From a virus (taxonomy: Duplodnaviria; Caudoviricetes): a stretch of 63,853 bases of DNA. The stretch covers positions 1 to 63,853 of the IMG/VR virus record IMGVR_UViG_3300035148_000271. One strand, given 5' to 3'. Below, in pieces: positions 44,001-52,453 of the stretch. A model generated the notes under the pieces. It had not been told where the DNA came from. It was given only the letters and a program-made list of their open reading frames with translations, and did no database searches. Both the position numbers and the translations under genes were made by a program. Position 1 is the first letter of the stretch, and each line of letters opens with the position of its first letter.

Positions 44001-46145
44001 GTGCGTCAGTTCGTGGCCCATCGTGTTGCGGACCGACCTCTCCCCGGCCGGGCGATTCAGGTTGACGATGATGACCGCGCCACTGTGCATCGACGCGCCC
44101 ATCGGCGGCGCAGCCATCACTGTGTTGCCGTTGGTGTCGCGCACCTGATCGCCAAAGTTCACGAACAGGGTTTCGATCCCGAAGGCTTTCTTGATTGCAG
44201 CGGCGAGCTTGGCCTGCTCGGTATCCGGGGCGGCAAGTGTGATGGTGCTGCGGTCGAGCGTCATCCGCTCGCCGGGCTTGCGACCGGAATTGATGTTGGC
44301 CTCTACGCCAGCGTGCAGATCGGCCAGCAGCGACTGCTGCGTTGCAGCAGCTTTCTTCTCGGAAGTTTTTGAAACCGAGGGTTGACCTTCGTTAGAGGTC
44401 GGAGTTGCCGCTACGGTGGCGACAGGCTGTGTTCCCGGCTGTTGTTGATCGGGGAATTTGGTCGCCAGAAGGCCCGAAAGCTGTTGGTCGGCAAGGGCGT
44501 CCGTACCTTGGGGTAGGCCTTCGGTGGTCGGAGTCACTGCGACCCCGGGCACTTCCGTCGCCGGGGCAGCAACAGTCGGTTCGACCGGCGAGGACACAGC
44601 CGCCGGCTGGGTTTGCGGCTGGCCAGCCACATAGCTGTCGACCGCTACATCCACCGCTTGCAGGAACTGCGGGACGTTCTGCGCCATGGCGGCTACGTTT
44701 GTATGGGCAGCTTCTGTGCCGACCATTCGCAACGCATCCTTGGCGACCTCGCCGTAGCCCTCCTGCTCCATCTTCACCAGCAGGGACTGGCGAGCGGCCG
44801 GGTCCATCCCTTCCATCTTCACGGCCAGCGCCGCCAGTGCATCGGGATTGTTGCGGGCCGCCTCAAAGACTTCCTTCGGTTGCAGCGCGGTCGGCTCTTG
44901 GCCGGCCGCCATGGCAGCGGCCTGCGCCTCGTCGTACTGCTGAACGTAATGTTCGACGTAGCGAGCGTCGTTCGTCAGTTCAATCGGCTTGCCTTGGGCG
45001 ATCTGGTCGAAGGCGTATACCTGCCACGCTGCCCGCAGGTCGGGCTGTTCGGGCGGCAGCGCATTCCAGACCTGTGATGCCGCAATCGCCCGTTCGGCCG
45101 GATCGGCTTTGGGATCGGTCAGCGCCTTCTCGGTCGCCTTCATGCGAGCGACGTTGTGACCGGCAATGAAGGTGCCGGGCACCAGCGTCATCAAGGCGGT
45201 CGGCACGATGACTTGTGCGGTGTCGCCCCACGATGCACCCGGGCCGCCGGCATAGGCTTTCTCGACCTCGGCTTGGCTCGACTGGGCGACCATCTCCTCG
45301 CCAATCTCCTTGGTGGTCGACAGTCCCAGTACCTTGGCGGCCTGCTTGATGATGTTGCTGTTGCCGAACATCTTCTTGACCGCGTCCTTGGTCACGGTCT
45401 TGACGCCCAGCGCTCCGCTGCCTTTCAGCAAAGCGAAGTCCAACAGATCAGAGCCGAACTCGGTGCCGACCTCGATCAGCCCCTGCAAACGGCCCGACGC
45501 CATGCCGGCAGCGTTCGCCTCTTCGTCCGACTTGCCGATGGATTTCTGGTACTTGTAGGCGCTCTGGTAGGCCTCTTCAGCTTGCTGTCCACCGAAGAGC
45601 GGTAAGGCCGCCAAGGAACCAACGACGTAGCCCGCCATGGCCCCGGGGATGGCCCCCACGCCGCCTACGGTTGCACCGATGCCTGCGCCTACCGCTGCCC
45701 CGGCCAAGGCCGGTCCGCTCGACAGCGGGGTGTTCTGGCCAGCGGCGTACGCGCTGCCCCGGATCGACAGTGGATTCGCTTCCCGCAGGCGCTGGCTGGT
45801 AGCGCTTTCCTGATACTCAGGATTTTCCTTGGCCCACTGTTCGCCCTTGGCGGAAATGGCTTGTCCGCGTTCGATCAGGTCGGGCGAGTTGATTTCTCGA
45901 CCAATGAACGTGGCGGTATTGCCAACCGCAGTCGGCAGTCCCTCCATGGTGCCGCGCACAACCCCTCGGCCTGCTTCCTTCAGGCCGCCGACGAATCCTT
46001 CATCCTCGCTTGGTGATGGCGTGGCGCGCGGCTCGGGGCTGCGCATCGACCGCAACGAGGACAACAGGGGATCGTCGTCCAGCGCCTTGCGGCGTTGATC
46101 GACTTCCGGAAACAGGTTGCCAAGTTGGTCGAGTGCGCCGGGCAT
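35076..46145 (-). CDS. Large polyvalent (DarB-like) ejection protein, 3689 aa
   Basis: N-terminal Gly/Ala hydrophobic region, HELTH metallopeptidase, RelA/SpoT-like, Cys/His papain-like, ART-like, PBECR-like, ParB-like and C-terminal LPD38-like (NLTVNFNRKG, LFFN) segments. Confidence 0.85.
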   Translation of the reverse strand: MPGALDQLGNLFPEVDQRRKALDDDPLLSSLRSMRSPEPRATPSPSEDEGFVGGLKEAGRGVVRGTMEGLPTAVGNTATFIGREINSPDLIERGQAISAKGEQWAKENPEYQESATSQRLREANPLSIRGSAYAAGQNTPLSSGPALAGAAVGAGIGATVGGVGAIPGAMAGYVVGSLAALPLFGGQQAEEAYQSAYKYQKSIGKSDEEANAAGMASGRLQGLIEVGTEFGSDLLDFALLKGSGALGVKTVTKDAVKKMFGNSNIIKQAAKVLGLSTTKEIGEEMVAQSSQAEVEKAYAGGPGASWGDTAQVIVPTALMTLVPGTFIAGHNVARMKATEKALTDPKADPAERAIAASQVWNALPPEQPDLRAAWQVYAFDQIAQGKPIELTNDARYVEHYVQQYDEAQAAAMAAGQEPTALQPKEVFEAARNNPDALAALAVKMEGMDPAARQSLLVKMEQEGYGEVAKDALRMVGTEAAHTNVAAMAQNVPQFLQAVDVAVDSYVAGQPQTQPAAVSSPVEPTVAAPATEVPGVAVTPTTEGLPQGTDALADQQLSGLLATKFPDQQQPGTQPVATVAATPTSNEGQPSVSKTSEKKAAATQQSLLADLHAGVEANINSGRKPGERMTLDRSTITLAAPDTEQAKLAAAIKKAFGIETLFVNFGDQVRDTNGNTVMAAPPMGASMHSGAVIIVNLNRPAGERSVRNTMGHELTHQMKVHHPDLYDALKAAAQQHADSKHVSKFKAELGRQMMIESKGAATQSDIDLVFDNEIASEVTGEMWEDQGFWNRVFELSPDTAFAKRMMTAVKQLIDKLHSAMINVGFLKGEGSIQKMREASARAFVEWEQRHRAKQAAEKVAKQAAKETAPATGGATATAPPKVAKKAAKKKAVPAQPVEPKAAPADELPFQRAEDVQKALIKGEQVSQREMDRHPSISKPYAALKQVLEHAKKLAPDVLADLDVVAAKSGGVVPAEAKQHAIKSVPRGFEKVMEDYEGNAYKLKDALRSTIIVHDVNTALPDIMRRLRKRFDAVELKRNGWQEGLSKKRQDKAGYKDALIYVVRDGMKIEVQVNTAAMFYAKEGGLTKEFGHYWYEIIRALDGKRDPYTQRLTFPEEVIYKNAVRQSRVIYAEAATKSRNAASSIGTPSDMTVVYLNGRLVPASQANGIGKSPSQVTETGVPSAQSKNSVPGGNLSGSAIATSKEQPNGITESVQPTSPTEQGQLEFARTKKWESVPYGKSESSPIGTRAEAVAAEAVKDRKRLGKCHVLAGRKVAFDDAFLDKTDEQRYSLILGVVNGHPMAPLRIWHSLVKDRQTGNVWEPISDRWYTPDTLREVMGYAPVKETSAADLRKLIVKHSVWTDQTVLKPRGWEQDMMLPGEYDPDWSIHPDPNDPAIGVDLQRVEAVHYSHSPRTVLAGAKFGTGIKGEELPRLAQSTDPRIKKRVYFYLSEKGELPKREAGLGPVAHRAALDNLWDGTPALNYNRDQPLPQRLNAMESAILDAGFDGYINRRQNMAVVLNKDVPITQPPETVAFSRTEIQKIVDDGEYEPYPLGVMESKPILRALGFIRKLALVVTPEKVRKIVTGKYGVRVGLTAQQLEDIGKSLERPVAVFKSAGGTDSVVFITDQVVNGKPLIAILRRNTYVEGRTNTFSGRERYGKEVHALESAYWLGPGSITKWLKNEKPPKDGGTPLLYLDHDKANVLPEPARSELRLADKGKRKFLRPADLVNFSRSLDNSDQYVWLQAEAEKAGYKDVDDLVQKNFPLFLSLAQEWREKHPSLDFNRFYSALSKEVSTLPDKTLPPQGWIATVRNWVNKGKVKQSEVDWSGLLDMLSMANRKFTKDDILYFLDASGVKVEDAALRDQRTYEVMDAKGRRSPIPPHYVYRTRTLERAAGPFEDMQAALEARDQLNKDELPVVGRPEYEKWTLPGGDGYTELLLHIPARDVDIMIETLQQQKRTEHAVLSQADSWIKTHPNATPEEIADINRQIDEATTALMDINKRLDRLPLAKPQYRGGHYGDKVPNVVAHIRFKTRYADGKKILFIEEIQSDWADKVREGRGKEQYEIVRATLPHIGEETWVARSPDGRMVFPSRDRGEVERAIERVGANRSAPGPFVGSTNEYVDLAIKRMVLYGTENDYDAIAWATGAQNASHYNLSRVVKNIQWYPNPSGWNGGPNNILINADLVQAADGDNMLTLIADRATGKIVTANYAGGELNGKQLAEAFGKDIAQQMAENDHGHIKDKQLDVGGGGMKAFYDTIVPLRVNKLLQKLDVGVQVDPQFVNIQASPKPKYVFRAEPYTVDGQTKWWEVIRYWNDGTFEPGTGTIVDGDSAMNLTEAEATRLAARRNATAGAEVQVTVERNRDNEWEVAQYEGGQRVIVLQTLSEQAARDEQARRESELADIAQRKQTMQQGFPLTPYLKEKVAGGLPLFQRGMADLNAQSTPQVGQAFLALRKANRSQLAATNAGNIEGVARFLTATDGYDGPIPVGFDEDAPVYVYKVTALKPLGLGDAMNGGEGLTGKGTPDRIGIDTSGTKGEIQHVYSFPAENNSAYTAELMGIIPMDRLKAATVDLDPENISKDTPFDDAGYRLTAQAIRNVLATMPRVDFQRVSQTMQEDLPALKQAAIAHGYTDVNEWRLAQPIEFKKVVEQIKATPPQLSLFQRTYAPRLPGEDVKTYMKRVIDTQEVPASIPFQPRLFFKMDSSTQMIPINALVSGKTEEENQKGGQNSPKRFQAVADGVLSPRDPIDVEANGDGTYTVLDGNGTYTMLKRYGWPAVPAHVVEGVEFARAPAVQGYNFRLPAETRTQTVQRLLQDRFNRMGVAQRVVQAAGGQVSEAANVVLAEERYHGKVAYKLQRFKDKIVRPTLDDVRKDGVAPEDVAMLMYATHAQERNREIAAINPTMPDGGSGMTNKEAARILQIFQQSPDYATLKKHADRFWNIAQMTRDTMVNAGLITPTVYNGWQSRFKNYVPLKGFEIIDELGQQGTGTGTGFDVRGPESLRMKGRESRAGQILENIILDHERAIVRAEKNKVGKALLNFVLANPDPALWAVNKIEQMASFYKSGTVNAHGLLEGEVRYSNRVLDRPGETIIVKHYGQEYAIWLKDPGMRDAMLAKGGLFDRDAADVNRIMQAWAGVNRFLAKMWTSLNPVFTTINFTRDFLTGMIHAGNVGGTKYAATVAKDVFPMMKGIWDVEFRKDETTPAAKWYLDYQQEGGKAGFYIFGDMDERVRELQSLMEAAHTQTTGRKAWYATKEAVQKLEDVVMAANGMIENAIRVSAYKNAVEQGKSKAEAASIAKNLTVNFNRKGQLTPILSSLYLFFNPAVQGTTRIMQAAKKNPAEFAAMTGALVALGIMFALLGANDKDEEEVPYWDRLPGYEKQRSLVIMKGDGTGDRWTIPLPYGYGFFVNLGYGIADLWRGRPQSAVGLDQLMSLSQHFNPLGTMEEPTAALVPTVLDPLFELASNKKATGAPLMPDEEKLSGQPVPDSERYWGNTRGTALQQFTTWLNEATGGTKSVPGAISVSPETIKNFARYYTGGLGSFLMDGTQSAIALTELNYDEVARKDQIPFVRQWYKHGNVRSDTAYFMEAKKQALQALDEAKKFADSDRPEVLERIDRRSTIASLGRSVQNVERAMRSLRLQEVQIAEDKELSFAEKERARREVEEQRQQLLREWNARFYRAEIESRQ
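42553..42762 (+). CDS. Nested antisense gene (69 aa), candidate antitoxin of the RelA/SpoT-like domain
   Basis: GGAGG RBS at 42543-42547, 5 nt before ATG; extended -10 TGaTACCAT at 42521-42529; globular aromatic/acidic sequence. Confidence 0.65.
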   Translation: MALPDKFPPGTEFFDCAEGTPVSVTWEGDFPIPFAWDAGTKRPFKYTTVMSDGVPIDEAAFRDLVAASA

Positions 46146-46151
46146 CGCCTC

Positions 46152-47318
46152 TTACCTCGGGATTTGATTGATCTGTCGTTGCGCTTCCTCCGGGGACATC
46201 TTCGGAATGGCGGCGGCCCTTGGCGGACGGGCCGTGCTGCCGCCCGGCTCTTCGGGCATCCGACGCGACTTGGCGATGGCCTCTTGCAATACCTGCTCGC
46301 GGATGTTGTAGAACTCCTGTGGAGTCTGCTTTTTGGGCGGCAGCTTGCTCAATCGTTCGGCAGCGGTAGCGTTGGCCTCGATGATGACGCTGTTGGCGTA
46401 GGACACCGCATCGCCCACCGGAGCCTTGTCGACCTGCATCTTGCGACGAGCAATCTCGCGCACCATCGCCGCACCGTATTCGTCCGGCACGTATTTGTCG
46501 TCGTTGCCCTTGATCGGAATTGTGGGTTTGTAGGCAGCGAGATACTTGTTGATTTCGATGTCCTCTTTGGTCGGCTTCTCGCCGGCCTGCTGTTCGCGCA
46601 ACTCCAATTCGCGCCGGCGCAGCCCAAGTTCCGAACGCTGGATCGCCGTCCGTTCCTGATCCTGTTCTTGCCGCGACCGCTTGTCGATGGCATCCAGCAA
46701 CTTGTCCTGCCGCATGATTCCGAAGAAGTACGTGTCCGGCACGAAGGAGCCATTCTTCAGGACGATGCCGTCTTCTTCGTGACCGTTGCGGTTCTTCTTG
46801 CTGCCGCGCTTTGCGCCGTCCAGATCGACATCAGGAACGGCCCGCTTCAGGACCGGCGTCAGATGCTTGGGATCACCCGAGGCGACGTAGGCGGCGACCG
46901 CCTTGTCCGCTTCGTCCTGATCGACCTTGTCGAGCACTTGCTGGTAGCGCAGCATGTCTTCGGTCTTCAGCATGCCGTGGTTCATGCCTACCCGTAGGCC
47001 GGCCCCTTGCATGGCTTGCAGCACACGCCGGTTCTGCGGCAACGAGAAGTCTGGTTGCCCGTCTTCGCCCAGCACCAACTTGTCCTTGAACTGCGCCATG
47101 GTGGTGGACAGTTCGCCTTCGTACGCTGCCTTGCGTTCCTGCTCGCGTCGTTGCCAGCCCTGTTGTTCGATGGCCCGCGCATTCGCTTCTTCGCGCAGCG
47201 CCGCTTCCCGCTCCAGCACCGCCGTGCGCTTGCGGGTTTGTTCAATGTCGTCAGCGACTGCGTAGCCCTTGCCCAGCCCGCCCGCGAAGGCACCGATCTG
47301 TCCGAGGTTGATGCCCAT
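46152..47318 (-). CDS. Internal virion/ejection protein (388 aa)
   Basis: Helical, N-terminal GAFAGGLGKGY; lies upstream of the giant protein. Confidence 0.6.
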   Translation of the reverse strand: MGINLGQIGAFAGGLGKGYAVADDIEQTRKRTAVLEREAALREEANARAIEQQGWQRREQERKAAYEGELSTTMAQFKDKLVLGEDGQPDFSLPQNRRVLQAMQGAGLRVGMNHGMLKTEDMLRYQQVLDKVDQDEADKAVAAYVASGDPKHLTPVLKRAVPDVDLDGAKRGSKKNRNGHEEDGIVLKNGSFVPDTYFFGIMRQDKLLDAIDKRSRQEQDQERTAIQRSELGLRRRELELREQQAGEKPTKEDIEINKYLAAYKPTIPIKGNDDKYVPDEYGAAMVREIARRKMQVDKAPVGDAVSYANSVIIEANATAAERLSKLPPKKQTPQEFYNIREQVLQEAIAKSRRMPEEPGGSTARPPRAAAIPKMSPEEAQRQINQIPR

Positions 47319-47320
47319 GT

Positions 47321-48421
47321 CTAGCTCCGCTTCAGCGCTGCGTTGCGTACTGGGGCGTGGTGGCGCTCCAGCAGCTTGTCGAAGAACTCCGTGCCCTTGG
47401 CCCGGACCACGTCAGCCGGCACGATGTATTCGCCGTTGCTGACGCGCACCGGCTGGCCGTTGCTGGCGTTCACCCCGGGGATGCTGTCGGACGTTCCCGT
47501 TCCGGGACCAACGATCTGGCCGCCGTCCGCGAACACGCCGCCAAGTTTCAGGCCCATGCCAACCAGCGATCCGAGGCCGGCCATGGACGAACTGTTGGAC
47601 TGTTGCGCTGCGTTCCAGCCGCTCATCTGCGTGCCGTACATCTGGTTCCACTGACTGGCCGCTTGGTTGAGCATGTTCCCCGACTGGCCGTAGCCGCCCT
47701 GCATGAAGGCGTTGTTCTGGCCGTAGGCGTTGTTGACCATGGCCTGATTGCCGAGACTGGTCTGACCGGCATTCTGTGCGCTCTGCGTCCATGCCAGCGA
47801 CTGCGCCGGGTAGCCCCGGCCGATGTTGGCGACGTTGGTCCGCATGGCGTAGCCCCGGTCCTTCTGGCCCTGCTCGGCGTTCTGCATAGCCCCCGCGCCT
47901 GCGGCGGCTGTCTGTGCCGCCAACTGGCTGTTGATGGCTGCCATCCGGGTGGCATTGGGCGTCAGCCCATAGCGACCCATGGAACGGTTGGAGGCCTGCT
48001 GGGCGATGCCGGCCTGCTGCTGTACGTCGGCCAAGGCCCGTCCCCGTGCGCCGGCGATGTTCGACTCGGAGTCGATGGTCTGCGCGTCCCGGATGACTTG
48101 CTCTTCTACCGGACGGTACTTCTCCATGTACGTCTTGTAGTTCTCGGCGCTGCGCTCCCGGGCGGTGGCAGCGTCGGTCAGCAGGGATTCGTTCAGGGCC
48201 AAGGCGCTCTTGTCGAGCGCGGCCAGCCGGGTTTGCTGCTCGCCGTAGGCCTGCTTGACGAACTGCAAGGCCTCCTGCGACAGCCCGACCTGCTGGGCCA
48301 TGATGTCGTACATGCGGGGGTCAGGGGCAGGAGCTTCCTGATCCTTCTTCCACATCCGCTTGTCGAGCTTGGTCGGCGGGGGCGTGAAGAAGATGGGGTC
48401 GTCTAGGCGGAGTCGAGTCAT
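47321..48421 (-). CDS. Internal virion/ejection protein (366 aa)
   Basis: Gln/Ala/Gly-rich; C-terminal FADGG..GPGTGTSDSIP..SNGEY; probable start ATG 48421. Confidence 0.65.
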   Translation of the reverse strand: MTRLRLDDPIFFTPPPTKLDKRMWKKDQEAPAPDPRMYDIMAQQVGLSQEALQFVKQAYGEQQTRLAALDKSALALNESLLTDAATARERSAENYKTYMEKYRPVEEQVIRDAQTIDSESNIAGARGRALADVQQQAGIAQQASNRSMGRYGLTPNATRMAAINSQLAAQTAAAGAGAMQNAEQGQKDRGYAMRTNVANIGRGYPAQSLAWTQSAQNAGQTSLGNQAMVNNAYGQNNAFMQGGYGQSGNMLNQAASQWNQMYGTQMSGWNAAQQSNSSSMAGLGSLVGMGLKLGGVFADGGQIVGPGTGTSDSIPGVNASNGQPVRVSNGEYIVPADVVRAKGTEFFDKLLERHHAPVRNAALKRS

Positions 48422-48831
48422 TTGATGTACCGGCACTCTGATTTCAGCATCCCAAACAGGATGCCGTCCTTCCCGTTGTTCCACTGGCGGATGCAGCCTT
48501 CCTGCACCCACCCCGCATGTCGCACCAACCGCAGGGACTCCACGTTGTCGTGCTCCACGATCACCGTCACCCGCTGCAACCCGCACTGCACGAACGGGTA
48601 GCCGAACGCTGCCGTCAGGAACTTGCGGGTCAGCGTGTGGCCACTGCCGTCCGTGGCAATGGACATTTCACAGTTCGTCTTGGAGAACCGGCTGTAGACC
48701 ACGACGCAGCGAATCGTCCCGTCGTCCGCGACGTTCGCCAGCACCTTGCAGCCCGGCCCGGGGGCGTAGTTCGCCTTCAGGATGGCGTTCGCCCACTCGA
48801 AGAATCTCGGGTCTTGCTCGGTAGTCACCAT
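48418..48831 (-). CDS. GNAT-family acetyltransferase-like protein (137 aa)
   Basis: FGYPF..G..RVT...N..S.RL...G...EG..R; usual position before ejection genes in podoviruses. Confidence 0.75.
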   Translation of the reverse strand: MVTTEQDPRFFEWANAILKANYAPGPGCKVLANVADDGTIRCVVVYSRFSKTNCEMSIATDGSGHTLTRKFLTAAFGYPFVQCGLQRVTVIVEHDNVESLRLVRHAGWVQEGCIRQWNNGKDGILFGMLKSECRYIK

Positions 48832-48878
48832 ACGGCTCTACCGAATGGCAGTGTGCCCAAGAAGGCGACCGGGTTCAG

Positions 48879-49451
48879 CTACCAAGTGATGGCGTCCAGT
48901 TCGGCCTTGGTGGTGGCGGCGGCGATTTGTGTCCGCAAGGTGGCGGCTTTGGCCTGCTGTGCTTGCAGGTGATTGCGCATCGCTCGCCCCAGCGCCTTCA
49001 TTTGCGCGAAGGTCAGTGTCTTGGCGGCCCCTTCGGCGGTGTACCAAACGGTTGTATCGCCCGTCGTCATGTCCTGAATTGTGACAGACAGCGCCTGCTG
49101 CGTTTCGAGGTCGGAGTCCCAGTTGAAACCGGCGGCAACGAAGCTGCCGATGGCTGCTGCATGCGCCGCCGCCTTGATGGCCTTCCATTTGACCGTCTTC
49201 AGGACATCCAGTGAACGGCTATCTGCCCACTGCTTGGTTGCCGCATCCCATTGCGCCGGAAAATTCGGGGGAGAACTCAGCCGGTCACGTTCGACATCCG
49301 TATAGGCGACGACCGTGCCGTTGCTGATGTAATGAAGGAACGGATCGCACGGTCCAGCAACCTCGATGAATCCGGCAGGAACTGCGACGCCGTCTTGCAG
49401 CGTCAGCGAGTTGACGATGCGACCGTCTACCGTCTTGGCGTAGAACTTCAT
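48879..49451 (-). CDS. DUF4376-like tail fibre accessory protein (190 aa)
   Basis: DSD..TQ...W..A......T...LRTQIAAATTKAELDAITW. Confidence 0.7.
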   Translation of the reverse strand: MKFYAKTVDGRIVNSLTLQDGVAVPAGFIEVAGPCDPFLHYISNGTVVAYTDVERDRLSSPPNFPAQWDAATKQWADSRSLDVLKTVKWKAIKAAAHAAAIGSFVAAGFNWDSDLETQQALSVTIQDMTTGDTTVWYTAEGAAKTLTFAQMKALGRAMRNHLQAQQAKAATLRTQIAAATTKAELDAITW

Positions 49452-52400
49452 CGCTTGCACCCCAACGCGAAGGCGGTGCCGTTCCAGATGCCGGATTCGG
49501 AGTCATAGCCGATAAAGGGATCGGGCATGGTCACGACGCGCAGGGAGTAGGTGACCGTTCCCGACCCCGGAGCGACATCCCAATGGGCAAAGGAGTAGGG
49601 ATTGTGAATGGATACCCCACCGGCGACACCCGGCAACGGCGGCTCAATCGAAATGGTTCGGATAAGTGACCCGTTACGGTACAGCTTGAACAGCGCACTC
49701 ATGTACTCGGTGTACCAGTTGTGCGATACATCCATGAACCACGACGTAATGATCGGGAACCCGCCAGAGTCCAGCGCCAAGACCATCACCTCAAGCTCGG
49801 CCCCGATGACACCCGGCCCCCTGATCTGTCCGGCTGATGTTCCGGTCGGCACCGTAACGGCATTGCCAGCAAGGTGGATCGTGTTGACGATGTTGGCGGC
49901 ATCCGCCTTGATCGAAGTCGCCTCGATGTTGCCGCGTGCGTAGATGTTGGTGGCCTGCACGTAGCCGGTCTGGTCGGCGTAGAACTGGCTGCTGGGGCCG
50001 AAGTTGATGACCGCCGTGCCCGCGCCGCCTGAATTGGGGCCGGCCCCAAGCACGATGAAATTGCTGCCAGCCTTCACGTGCATGAAGCTGGAGCCGTCCG
50101 ACACTAATTGCGCGGCAACAAAGCCGTTGGTGCTGTCCCACCAGTGGCCGTTGGTGCGGACATACGCCCATGCGCCGCTGTTGACGTAGCTGTTGTTGAT
50201 GTCGCACTGGCCAAGGTAGCCACTGGGTGAATGCAGCGAGCCGGCAAAGTAGCCGCTGTCGGCGTACACCTGTCCGCGAATCGTGGCGTTCTGCGCGACC
50301 AACGTGCCAGCCTTGGTGATGGCCCAGCCTGCGGTTCCACCCGACGACGCATAGTTGTCGGAGTAGAAGTCACCGCCGACGATGCCGGTGGTGATCTTCG
50401 CCACCGTCAGGCTCGCCACCTTGGCGGTGATGATGCTGCTGTCGAGCCGATCCGCTTCGATGTAGCCGCCGATCAGCTTCGCTACATCCAGACTGGCAAT
50501 CTTGGCGTTATCGACCGCGAGGTTGGCGATCTTGGCGTTGGTGATCTGGCCGTCATGGATGTACGCCGAGCGCATATAGACGCCCGGACTCACTGTATGG
50601 CCATTGATCACCTGTGGCGTGGTGATCACCATGAACGGCAGCGACTGTGGAGTGGTGCTCCACGTGCTGCTGTCGGCGTCGTAGTACTTGCGCACGTACG
50701 TGGCGGGATTACCGGAACTGGTGTCGAGCCAGACGTAACCGTCGTACAGGTTCGTGTTGGGCGGACTCGCACTGGCCGTGGCCGGCGGCGCAACATAGAA
50801 CTGGTCGGCCCGCACGCCGAACTCGGACCTCGGTGTCGCTCCAACCGCCGTGCTCGCCAGACCGTATCCGGAGATGTGCCCGGCGTTGTCGATCTTGACG
50901 GTGTACTGCGCCTCCAGTCCGTTGATGCTGGAGCCGTGTACCGACAGCGTCGAGGTGTGCGTCCCGACTGTCGTTTGCAGCGTGGTGATGTCGTCCACAC
51001 GCGCTTGGTTATCGGACGCTCGGGCAATCTTCTCTTGGTAGATCAAACCTGCCGTCAGGTCGGCCAAGTCCTCGCTGCCGGTTGGGTCAGCTACTCCGGT
51101 GACCAGTGCCGCCAGAATCTCGCGCGAGGAAGCCTCGGCCGCATCGGCAGCGGTGCGCTCGGTCGTCTCCTGATCAACCATCGCCACCGAGGCTCCGGGC
51201 GCATTACGCCCGATGGCCAGCCAGTCGATGTCGAAGTCGTCGTCAGAGGCGGCACCCAGTTCCAGCCGCAAGTTCAGGATGTTGTTGCCGGTGTAGTCGC
51301 TGACCGCCGACATGTCCCACTCGACCGTGGCGTAGTCACCCACCGCAATCGTGGGATCGGCCAGCACGCTCTGGTAGGACGCCGAGAAGCCGTGGCCGCC
51401 GGTCTTCCATTGCAGCGTGCCGCTCCACGTGGAACCGCTCACGCGCTTGATCCGCGCTTTCACCACCGGGTACTTGTTGCCCGGAACGACAGGGTCGAAG
51501 TCGGTGGTGTGTTTGATGCTCGGCGTGGTGCCGGTGGAGTTGACCACCAGATGGCCGTTGCTCTGGCTCACCGTGGCCGCCGTATCCGCCACCCAGCCCT
51601 CGGCCGTGGTGTCGAAGTAGTACGTCTCGGCCGGGTCGAACGCTCCGCTCACGCCCGCAGTCAGGGCAGAAATCTCGGTGGCCAGCGTGTCGATCTGGTC
51701 GATTTCGGCCGACAGCGTGGCGTCCAGTTGCGTCTGCGTGATCTGCCCGGTCAACTGGTTCAACAGTTCCGGGATGTTCAGGCCTGTGGTCGCCTTGGTG
51801 CCGGCGGTAGCGTTGTAAGCGCTCGGGGTGTCGTCCCACTTGTTGATGAAGCGCACCCAGTACCAGTAATCGGTGCCGGCCACCACGTCGGTGTCGGAGT
51901 AGATCGACGCCGTAGTGGTGCCCACCATGGCAGCACTACCGATCACATCTGCCGTATTGCGCCAGACTTCCGCGTGCGAGATATAGCTGACCGTGGCAAT
52001 GTCCCACGACACGATCACCGACTCGAAAGCGCCGGCCGCTTGTACACCCGTAGGCGCAGGCGGCGCACCGTAGATCGGGGTTTCGACAGGAGGGCCGACC
52101 GGCGGATACCCGGGCCATGGCGGGAAGCCCGGCCCCGGACCTGTTCCGCCGCCGGGAGTCCCGCCGCCACCGGTGGGCGGCTGCGGCGTGCCTTCATGCG
52201 TGGTGCCGTCGACCGTGATGTTGACGACGCCAGTGCCAATCAGTTCGCGCCACGTGACGTTCTTCTCGACGAACGAGGTGTTCTGCCCTTCGCGCGTTTC
52301 AAAGGCGGTCTTCAGGGCGTTGACGATTTCAGCCAGCTTCGACAGGTTAGGCGTGGCCGGCGACACCGCCGGCAGCTTGACCGGATCACGCGCCAGTTGC

Positions 52401-52453
52401 TGGAGGTCTTCCTGCGTGGCGTCCGGTAGCTTGATGCGAACCGGAACGGTCAT
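49448..52453 (-). CDS. Tail tip/host-specificity protein (J-like, DUF1983-like region; 1001 aa)
   Basis: FN3-like YWYWVRF, AQYTVKID..G.ISGYGL, AYIHDGQITNAKI repeats. Confidence 0.75.
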   Translation of the reverse strand: MTVPVRIKLPDATQEDLQQLARDPVKLPAVSPATPNLSKLAEIVNALKTAFETREGQNTSFVEKNVTWRELIGTGVVNITVDGTTHEGTPQPPTGGGGTPGGGTGPGPGFPPWPGYPPVGPPVETPIYGAPPAPTGVQAAGAFESVIVSWDIATVSYISHAEVWRNTADVIGSAAMVGTTTASIYSDTDVVAGTDYWYWVRFINKWDDTPSAYNATAGTKATTGLNIPELLNQLTGQITQTQLDATLSAEIDQIDTLATEISALTAGVSGAFDPAETYYFDTTAEGWVADTAATVSQSNGHLVVNSTGTTPSIKHTTDFDPVVPGNKYPVVKARIKRVSGSTWSGTLQWKTGGHGFSASYQSVLADPTIAVGDYATVEWDMSAVSDYTGNNILNLRLELGAASDDDFDIDWLAIGRNAPGASVAMVDQETTERTAADAAEASSREILAALVTGVADPTGSEDLADLTAGLIYQEKIARASDNQARVDDITTLQTTVGTHTSTLSVHGSSINGLEAQYTVKIDNAGHISGYGLASTAVGATPRSEFGVRADQFYVAPPATASASPPNTNLYDGYVWLDTSSGNPATYVRKYYDADSSTWSTTPQSLPFMVITTPQVINGHTVSPGVYMRSAYIHDGQITNAKIANLAVDNAKIASLDVAKLIGGYIEADRLDSSIITAKVASLTVAKITTGIVGGDFYSDNYASSGGTAGWAITKAGTLVAQNATIRGQVYADSGYFAGSLHSPSGYLGQCDINNSYVNSGAWAYVRTNGHWWDSTNGFVAAQLVSDGSSFMHVKAGSNFIVLGAGPNSGGAGTAVINFGPSSQFYADQTGYVQATNIYARGNIEATSIKADAANIVNTIHLAGNAVTVPTGTSAGQIRGPGVIGAELEVMVLALDSGGFPIITSWFMDVSHNWYTEYMSALFKLYRNGSLIRTISIEPPLPGVAGGVSIHNPYSFAHWDVAPGSGTVTYSLRVVTMPDPFIGYDSESGIWNGTAFALGCKR

